The notes under the pieces are model-generated. The model was not told where the DNA came from. It saw only the letters and a list, made by a program, of their open reading frames with translations, and did not search any database. Made by a program: the position numbers and the translations under genes. From assembly GCA_963533595.1 (NCBI GenBank), contig CAUSPJ010000001.1, forward strand, positions 1 through 45,236: a stretch of 45,236 bases of DNA, given 5' to 3'. The stretch is from an uncultured Candidatus Saccharibacteria bacterium (GTDB lineage: Bacteria > Patescibacteriota > Saccharimonadia > Saccharimonadales > Saccharimonadaceae). This document shows, one piece after another, positions 38,381-45,236 of the stretch (position 1 is its first letter; each line of letters opens with the position of its first letter).

Positions 38381-40006
38381 CTAGTAGCCCATTCCCATGC
38401 CGGGGTTACCGGCTGCTTCGGCGGTCGGCTTCTCAGGGATATCTACTACTAGCGCCCCCATAGTCATAGCGGTACTGGCGATCGAAACAGCGTTCTGGAT
38501 CGCTTGGTAGGTAACCATCGCCGGGTCAACCACTCCGGCCTTCTTTAGGTCGATCAGCTTGCCTTGGTAGTTCGCTACATCGACACCATAGCCGGGTTTA
38601 GCTTCTTGTACCTGGGCTAAGAGTGCCTCGGCGTTTAGGCCGGCGTTAGTAGCCAGCTGTTTAAAGGGCATTAGTAGAGCATTACGCATGATCTCTGCCC
38701 CGGCACTATCACCGGTAATCTTACTAGCTAAGTTGATCGGGGTTACTCCACCGCCCGGTACTATTCCCTCCAGTAAGGCTGCCTTGACGGCTGCCACGGC
38801 ATCATCTACCCGATATTTCTTCTCGTCGATTTCAGTCTCGGTTGCCCCACCGACCTTAATCACGGCGACTTTACCGCTGAGGGCAGCGGCTCGCTTGTCC
38901 AGCTGCTCTCGATCGTAATCTGAGGTAGCGACGCCGGCTTGAGCTTTGATCTGGTCAATGCGTTGGCTAATGGTAGTCTTATCACCGGCTCCTTCGATGA
39001 TCGTAGTATTATCCTTAGCGACGATCACCTTGCGAGCTGAGCCGACTACTTCTAGTCCGACATTATCAAAGGTCATACCTTGATCAGAAGTAATGACGCT
39101 AGCTCCGGTCAATGTGGCGATATCTTGCAAGACTTCCTTACGCCGATCACCAAAAGATGGTGCCTTAACGGCGACAGTATTGAGAGCACCCTTGAGGCGG
39201 TTAAGGATAAGGATACCCAGTGCTTCACCCTCGACATCTTCGGCGATTAGTACGATATCTTTCTTGCCGGAGGCAACCAGCTTTTCCATTAGCGGTAGCA
39301 TTTCTTGAGCTGAGCTAATCTTCTTGTCAGTGATAATAATAGCCGGTTTGTCATAGACGGCTTCCATCCTATTGGTATCAGTCACCATATAGGCAGAGAC
39401 ATAGCCTCGGTCAAAAGTGAAACCTTCGGTGATTTCCGACTCCATAGCTAGACCTTGACCGGCCTCGACACTGACTACTCCATCTTTACCGATACGAGAG
39501 ATAACACTGGCGATCAGCTTGCCGATCTCGGTGTCACCGGCGCTAATACTGGCCACCTCAGTGATGAGGTCGTTCTTACCATCGACCGGCTCGGCGATCT
39601 TATTAAGCTCACTTAATACCTGAGCACCGGCCTTTTCGACACCCTTGCGCAGCTCCATCGGATTATGTCCGGCAGCGATCAGCCGATTAGCCTCTTTTAA
39701 GATTTCATAGGTCAGGACAGTCACGGTGGTGGTACCATCACCGGCCGCCTTATTCATCTTCTTGGCCGCCTGTTTGATCAGCTCGGCACCAACCTTCTCG
39801 CCCAGATTATCCTCATTTTCCGGTAAGTCGATCGCCTCGGCGACGGTGACACCATCATGAGTGACATTTGGTCCACCGTAGGACTTACTGATGACTACAT
39901 TACGCCCTTTTGGCCCCATAGTAGTCTTGACTGCATCGGCTAAGGTCTTAGCACCGGCGAGGACTTTCTCTCTCGCTTCATCACCATAGAATACTTGCTT
40001 TGCCAT
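38381..40006 (-). CDS. groL: Chaperonin GroEL
   Basis: TMGPKGRNV, AGDGTTT, FDRGY, KAPSFGDRRK, C-terminal GMGMG. Confidence 0.98.
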   Translation of the reverse strand: MAKQVFYGDEAREKVLAGAKTLADAVKTTMGPKGRNVVISKSYGGPNVTHDGVTVAEAIDLPENEDNLGEKVGAELIKQAAKKMNKAAGDGTTTVTVLTYEILKEANRLIAAGHNPMELRKGVEKAGAQVLSELNKIAEPVDGKNDLITEVASISAGDTEIGKLIASVISRIGKDGVVSVEAGQGLAMESEITEGFTFDRGYVSAYMVTDTNRMEAVYDKPAIIITDKKISSAQEMLPLMEKLVASGKKDIVLIAEDVEGEALGILILNRLKGALNTVAVKAPSFGDRRKEVLQDIATLTGASVITSDQGMTFDNVGLEVVGSARKVIVAKDNTTIIEGAGDKTTISQRIDQIKAQAGVATSDYDREQLDKRAAALSGKVAVIKVGGATETEIDEKKYRVDDAVAAVKAALLEGIVPGGGVTPINLASKITGDSAGAEIMRNALLMPFKQLATNAGLNAEALLAQVQEAKPGYGVDVANYQGKLIDLKKAGVVDPAMVTYQAIQNAVSIASTAMTMGALVVDIPEKPTAEAAGNPGMGMGY

Positions 40007-40282
40007 TTATTTCTCCTTTACTATTGCTAGGACATCTTCTTCTTTGACGATCAGGTACTCGACTCCATTTACTTTGATATCACTGGTCGAGTATTCTCGC
40101 ACTACGATTCGCTCCCCTGTCTTGATCTCTTTGACATCCTGACCGACTGCTACTACCTTAGCGATCTGCGATTTCTCCTTGGTGTCAGCTGGTAGGTATA
40201 GTCCGGTAGCTGTCTTAGTGGCGGCTTCTTCCCGCGTAGCGACTAAGCGATCAGCTAATGGACGAAGTGGAACATTACTCAT
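40007..40282 (-). CDS. groS: Co-chaperonin GroES
   Basis: LRPLADR, TATGLYLP, VVAVG, EEDVLAIV; AAGGAGGAG SD. Confidence 0.97.
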   Translation of the reverse strand: MSNVPLRPLADRLVATREEAATKTATGLYLPADTKEKSQIAKVVAVGQDVKEIKTGERIVVREYSTSDIKVNGVEYLIVKEEDVLAIVKEK

Positions 40283-40331
40283 TTACTCCTCCTTATCATA
40301 TTGACCGATACAGCTAATATAGCGCAGATAG

Positions 40332-40358
40332 TTAGCACTTGCAAGCCTAGAGTGCCAG
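40332..40358. promoter_or_regulatory. CIRCE element (HrcA operator) upstream of groES
   Basis: TTAGCACTT-N9-GAGTGCCAG versus consensus TTAGCACTC-N9-GAGTGCTAA. Confidence 0.85.
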
Positions 40359-40386
40359 AAAGAGTTTATGATTATTCGGTGGCTAG

Positions 40387-41043
40387 TTAGTAGCCTCGCT
40401 GCTCGCTCTTGATCCGGTCGTTACAGTTGAAGTCGCCATAGATTAGCTGTGACTTATCGAGGCAGAGGATCAGCGTAGTGTAGTCATATAGTCCTGAAGT
40501 CTCGGCGGGTAGGGGCGAGTAGCTGTCTTTCACCTGGTAAGACTGCTTGACCTTAGGTAAGTCAATGATGAAGTCCGTCTGATAGATTAGCTTATCGGCA
40601 TTAGTCATGGTCTGACGATAGCTATTCTTGCGGATGACGATATCACCGTGATCGCCTGATACCTTATTAAGCCTGAGAGTGTAACCGATCTGACGCTGGA
40701 TGTTTAGTATCTCTTCTCTGGGTAGATTCTGGGCGATTTGGTCAAGCTTCTTGACCGGGTAGTTCTCAGGGGTAATCTCATTACTATTACTGCTACGACC
40801 GCCCGAAGTACTAGACGAGCTGGAGCTGGAACGGGAGCCGGAGCGAGACGAGCTGGAGGAATTACCACCGGTACCGCCACCTGTACCGGTGATTTTAGCA
40901 CCACGGATAGTGTTAGTACCACCACTCCCGGTATTAGCTTGGTCTCGTTTATTACCACCCAGCACCGTGGCTATGATGATGATAACCATGATCACCACCA
41001 TCGCCACTGCGGCTATCAGGTATAGTTTACGTTTGTCGGGCAT
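40387..41043 (-). CDS. Membrane-anchored hypothetical protein with Gly/Ser-rich linker (possibly T4SS-associated)
   Basis: N-terminal TM, GGNSSSSSRSGSRSSSSSSSTSGG, C-terminal Cys pair; starts 2 nt after the VirB6-like gene. Confidence 0.72.
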   Translation of the reverse strand: MPDKRKLYLIAAVAMVVIMVIIIIATVLGGNKRDQANTGSGGTNTIRGAKITGTGGGTGGNSSSSSRSGSRSSSSSSSTSGGRSSNSNEITPENYPVKKLDQIAQNLPREEILNIQRQIGYTLRLNKVSGDHGDIVIRKNSYRQTMTNADKLIYQTDFIIDLPKVKQSYQVKDSYSPLPAETSGLYDYTTLILCLDKSQLIYGDFNCNDRIKSEQRGY

Positions 41044-41045
41044 GT

Positions 41046-43898
41046 CTAAGGCACCCTACTATCCCAGCTAGCTATCACCACCGGTGCTGCAGGAGCACCG
41101 GTTCCGGCAGGCGCACTGGCACGAGCGATGGCTCTGAGGCGGCTCTGGTCTATCGCATCCAGTCTACCGAAGTCAGTATGCGCCATCATCGTTCTTGCAT
41201 CAGAAATAGCTTGTGCGGATGTAGTGCCGCCTGCATTGTAGTCATGATATATGTTAGGTATCTTGTGAGTGTTGGCGAGTCTCTCTCCGGCCGTACTACG
41301 TACCATGGTGTTATCTTTCAGGGCAGTGACAGTCGGGGCATTCATCTTTCTAGTCAGTTTAGGATCACTGAGGGCGATGTTGGATTGTTTCGCCATACTG
41401 CTTAGTCCGGCATCTGCCTGAGCGATATTACCGCCATTAACTCCCGCATTCTGAAGCGTTGTACGCATCTGGATTAGGTCGGCGGCATCCATACCGGCAG
41501 CATCTTTGGCTGTCAACTGAGTAGAGGAATAGTCCGCTACAGCGTCAGCGTAATTCGCTTCAAATTGGCTAGTATTCCAGCCACCACTGGTAGCGAAGTT
41601 CCTTAGTGATTTACCACTCATGATGGAGTTGCCGTTGGCACTGGCGGTATTGGCGAAGGTCTGAACCAGTCTATCGGCATCGGCTGCTTGACCATTCCTC
41701 CTTAGCTTATCTGCCTCTGTATTGACAGCTTGCATTGACTGTTTAATCTCGGCTGCACTGGCGTTAGGTAGCTCTTTCTCGATAACCGCCCTCATCTGAT
41801 ATGGATCAAGCGTCTTGCCACCTATCTGGCCGGTGGTAAAGGCAGTCTTTAGATCTCTATCACCGTATTTATTCACCTTATTTCTGGCGGAGTTCATCGC
41901 TTGGCTATCAAGCTGAGTGGCGATGTTGCCGGTACTAGCTCCTGCTCCTCTCATATTCTGAACAGCACCGGCTGCTCTACCGGCAACTGCTCCAGCCTTT
42001 GCACCGATTGCTCCTGCTGCCATACCTTTGAGGCCGGGATGCTTCGGGTCACCGGGCTTCCCCGTTAGTTTCGACCCTGTCCAACCGGCGAACTTATTAG
42101 CTGCCCCATTACTAGCTGCTAGGAGGGCTGCTTTACCCATGATGTTACCCGACATCTTGAAGAGCGGCATGATGGATAGAGCTGGGGTGATTAGGCAAAT
42201 AGCCTCTATTAACAGAACGAAAAACTTATTTGCCTCACTTTGATCGGTGAGACTGGACACCACTCTAGATCCTCCCCAGACCAACATGAAGAGCGGGAAA
42301 ACTAGTAGTAGTTTGATATAGTTATCTCGCCACATAGTAAAGCCTTTACTGAGTCCTTGGCTATTAAATAAATAAGTAGCAATAGCAACTGGTGAAATGA
42401 TCACTAGTATCATCAGAGCAATACCACGAACGATTAGGGCGAAGACGATGGTGAGGAGTGCCATAATGATTGGTGCTCCCACCAGGATAACTAGGACGGC
42501 CGCAACGGCTACTAATGCTATTCCGGCTATATTGAGGGTACCAGCAGTATCTTGTGCGTGTTTAACTAACTGCGGAGCATCTCCGGCATTACCGCCCATT
42601 AATAGCCCGAACATACCTTTACCTAGTATGGTAGATAGATCTACCAGAACCATACAGATATAGAATGATAGATTGATCGCTATAGCGAAGATGATTATTC
42701 TGGGTAGTAGCTTCTTGACATCATAGTTTGATAGCCCACCTGTCGAGGTAGCTGTCGAGTAGATCACTACCAGGAAGGCGATGATCAGTATGATATTGGC
42801 GATGCTAAGAAAGTTACCCCAGTGTTTACGAACCGCATCAGACTTGGTGATTTCTGTTTGATCTAGTAATATTTTCGCTATTATGCTATAAAGAATATCT
42901 GTCATGGTGGCAAACAAGTTTTGCCCTGAGCAGATTATTGAGCCAAAGCCATTCAGATCAGCGGCACATTCATCATTTTCTTTGTTCTGCTCGATTCTTT
43001 CTTCATCGTCTTTCTTCTGGTTTTGTTTTTCCTCGGGATGTTTGTCAAGATAATCGTTCATGGCTTTAGCGAAATCGTTGGCTAGATTGCTAGCTTTCTG
43101 CGCAGCTTCAGCGCAAGTCATTTCCTCGCCTCCATCAACTACCGATATTTTCCGATCAGACTTATCTTCTTTGTAGTTTATGTAGCCACGCTTAACTACC
43201 CATTTGCCGTTATCATCAGGATAAGCCCATTCTTTATCCCCCTTTTCAGCCTCTTTTAATACTTGTTTACCGTTGTCTACGCAGAATTTCTCTACAGCAT
43301 TCCTATACATTGCCGCTTCTGTTTCCTTGCTCGGAGTATAGTCAGGCAGCGAATCAAAGGCGTTTGCTATTACACCATTAATTACAACTAACGAGTCTAA
43401 ATCGCACTTATCTAGATGGGCGTTGATATTATCACTATCATTATTACGACCACCATCAGAGTTAATTTTAGTTATATCAACTTTACCATCGCTTCTCCGC
43501 ACATGTTTTTTTAAGTAATTACAAAGGTAATCGTTACCGTTGCCAGAATCGCTTGCAAGTTCATTTAGATCGCACTTAACCCAACCGTTCCTATCATGCT
43601 CGCCTGCTTTATCGGAGTGATACTTGGAATTATCAGAGGTTAAATCTCTCAGTTTGACATACGGATCGCCAACCTTCCGAATATGTTTAGCGCAGTCTTT
43701 AGCGACTGACACACTACCAAACTTTAAAAACTCACCATTAATATGATCTTGGTATATATCAGCCAACGCAGTCCTGCTGGGACCAATAGAAACAAGAGTA
43801 ATAAGTATGGCTAAAACCACTAAGACTATTGGTTTAGATAAAATATACGATACTTGTTTACCTTTGTTTACTTTCTTTCGCCACCACATTATCCTCAT
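41046..43898 (-). CDS. Large VirB6/TrbL-like polytopic membrane protein
   Basis: Signal/TM, Cys-containing soluble N-domain, then WGNFLSIAN...YDVKKLLPRII..AIAINLSFYIC..LVDLS and ALIVRGIALMILVIISPVA TM core; Ala/Gly-rich C-terminus. Confidence 0.7.
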   Translation of the reverse strand: MRIMWWRKKVNKGKQVSYILSKPIVLVVLAILITLVSIGPSRTALADIYQDHINGEFLKFGSVSVAKDCAKHIRKVGDPYVKLRDLTSDNSKYHSDKAGEHDRNGWVKCDLNELASDSGNGNDYLCNYLKKHVRRSDGKVDITKINSDGGRNNDSDNINAHLDKCDLDSLVVINGVIANAFDSLPDYTPSKETEAAMYRNAVEKFCVDNGKQVLKEAEKGDKEWAYPDDNGKWVVKRGYINYKEDKSDRKISVVDGGEEMTCAEAAQKASNLANDFAKAMNDYLDKHPEEKQNQKKDDEERIEQNKENDECAADLNGFGSIICSGQNLFATMTDILYSIIAKILLDQTEITKSDAVRKHWGNFLSIANIILIIAFLVVIYSTATSTGGLSNYDVKKLLPRIIIFAIAINLSFYICMVLVDLSTILGKGMFGLLMGGNAGDAPQLVKHAQDTAGTLNIAGIALVAVAAVLVILVGAPIIMALLTIVFALIVRGIALMILVIISPVAIATYLFNSQGLSKGFTMWRDNYIKLLLVFPLFMLVWGGSRVVSSLTDQSEANKFFVLLIEAICLITPALSIMPLFKMSGNIMGKAALLAASNGAANKFAGWTGSKLTGKPGDPKHPGLKGMAAGAIGAKAGAVAGRAAGAVQNMRGAGASTGNIATQLDSQAMNSARNKVNKYGDRDLKTAFTTGQIGGKTLDPYQMRAVIEKELPNASAAEIKQSMQAVNTEADKLRRNGQAADADRLVQTFANTASANGNSIMSGKSLRNFATSGGWNTSQFEANYADAVADYSSTQLTAKDAAGMDAADLIQMRTTLQNAGVNGGNIAQADAGLSSMAKQSNIALSDPKLTRKMNAPTVTALKDNTMVRSTAGERLANTHKIPNIYHDYNAGGTTSAQAISDARTMMAHTDFGRLDAIDQSRLRAIARASAPAGTGAPAAPVVIASWDSRVP

Positions 43899-43991
43899 GC
43901 TAATAATCTATATAAAAATACAGGCAAAGTCAATCTCATGTCCTTGCCTATATCTATAATAATCAAAACTATTAGTATTTAGACTCACTAA

Positions 43992-45224
43992 TTATCTGAT
44001 ATATGAGGTAGCAAAACCGTCGTCGATACTGTTGTTTTCGTTATTACGAGTGTCTTTTCTCTCTGCCTTGATTATCTCTATTACTTCTTTGGCGGTCGGA
44101 ATTGAGTCGGACTCATATACGTTCTTATATGTTAGTGATGGATATAATTTAGTAGTAGGTGTTATTGTCCACTGGAATCGCTGTCCGAAACGCATAGTGT
44201 ACTTTGCAGAGCTACTTATCGTACGATATATTATCGTACACGTCCTACCATCTCTAATGTCGGGTAGATATTTACTCAGATCATATTCTACTACTGCATG
44301 CACTTCATCGTCAGTTGACCCGACTTTTGGTTCACAGACACAGTTCTTGCCGTTATTCCGATAGTGATTCAAGTACTTCTCGTCGAAATTATCACCATAT
44401 TTGGTGAATAGTTCATTCATGGCATCTCGAACCATCTTGGGATTACTGGCAAGTACAGTATCTAGTGATCCACTAGCATTAGTTCTGTCCAGCGATTTAT
44501 CTAGAAGGTCATTCCCTGTGATTTCTTTTCGTGCGTCTAGTGAGTCATTGTCATCGTACTGAGTGCTGACTTCACCTTCGTGGTCTAATACATATTGACC
44601 ATTACTACTATTGGGCGGAAAGTACATCTTGTATACCTTGTAGCTGATCTTACCGTCATGTTCACTATCGGCGGTCTCGACATTCATATTAGGGTCAGTA
44701 TCTTTTACTTCTTCCGTTTGATTTGATTCGGCTGAGGAATTATTAGACGTAGCAGGGGGTGGTGTCTGATTGTAGCTACTGTTATTGGTCTTATTTAGCA
44801 CTGCGTTACCTAGACTCATAGCCAAGGCTAGTGAGGCAACTGCCCCGCCCATGATAGCTAGTGCTTTACGTCGATTCGGGTTAGCTAGCTTATCTTTCGC
44901 TGTAGCAGTGAACTCGCCTGCCTTATCAGTGACGTAGCCTATACCGGACTCGATATTACTGGCTATCTGATCAGTATCAATATTCCTGACTACATCGGCT
45001 ACTCGAGAGCCCATATTTATATTACTGCCGCTACCATAGCCGGCATCTGATGTAGCATAGGAGAGTTGAGGACCGACCGAAGCCGGGCTGAAAGAAGCAG
45101 GAGGATAGCTAGAGTTGTAAGCGAAGTTACCGGCCTGGCTATAGCTCTGCTGAGGTATCTGAGGGCTATTTAAGTTGGCCTGATCATATGAGATAGTAAA
45201 AGGCGCAGTATTAGCGCCATCCAT
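43992..45224 (-). CDS. Hypothetical single-pass membrane protein
   Basis: 410-aa ORF; S/Q/Y-rich N-terminus, RRK followed by a TM, Asn/Thr linker, Cys-containing C-domain; start close to window edge and uncertain. Confidence 0.65.
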   Translation of the reverse strand: MDGANTAPFTISYDQANLNSPQIPQQSYSQAGNFAYNSSYPPASFSPASVGPQLSYATSDAGYGSGSNINMGSRVADVVRNIDTDQIASNIESGIGYVTDKAGEFTATAKDKLANPNRRKALAIMGGAVASLALAMSLGNAVLNKTNNSSYNQTPPPATSNNSSAESNQTEEVKDTDPNMNVETADSEHDGKISYKVYKMYFPPNSSNGQYVLDHEGEVSTQYDDNDSLDARKEITGNDLLDKSLDRTNASGSLDTVLASNPKMVRDAMNELFTKYGDNFDEKYLNHYRNNGKNCVCEPKVGSTDDEVHAVVEYDLSKYLPDIRDGRTCTIIYRTISSSAKYTMRFGQRFQWTITPTTKLYPSLTYKNVYESDSIPTAKEVIEIIKAERKDTRNNENNSIDDGFATSYIR

Positions 45225-45236
45225 ATCAGCCGGAGC

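Noticed and set aside
40813..40858. 13-bp direct repeat AGACGAGCTGGAG
   Set aside because: Two copies within a Ser-rich coding linker; explained by low-complexity expansion
1..45236. Alternative genetic code (TGA=Gly)
   Set aside because: Conserved genes are full length in code 11 and TGA terminates genes at plausible ends

Overview
Chromosomal window spanning the replication origin of a small-genome bacterium. Gene content and style fit Saccharibacteria (TM7, Patescibacteria/CPR); this is an inference from gene families, not a database match. Standard genetic code; 40 credible CDS. Left to right: PRC-barrel, MscS and trmB genes; a ~21 kb surface-glycan locus (LCP ligase, priming sugar transferase, O-antigen-ligase-like protein, several GT2/GT4, glf, O-acyltransferase, wzm/wzt, gtrA/gtrB-like) that also carries an exported LGFP-repeat protein with a lysozyme/SLT-like N-terminal domain and two paralogous Cys-pair membrane-anchored proteins; jag-yidC-rnpA-rpmH, a bipartite oriC flanking dnaA, then dnaN-recF; a MacB-type ABC pair; a PrgI / VirB4-partner / VirB4 / diacylglycerol-kinase-like operon; bifunctional PGI/PMI; CIRCE-preceded groES-groEL; and a VirB6-like gene with flanking membrane-anchored hypothetical genes. 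Many operon-leading genes look leaderless, with an extended -10 (TGnTAnnnT) 5-11 nt before the ATG. No rRNA, tRNA, CRISPR array, transposase or integrase was seen. The strongest candidates for new biology are the LGFP putative host-wall binder/hydrolase inside the glycan locus and the split, apparently domesticated T4SS with a lipid-kinase-like gene directly behind VirB4.
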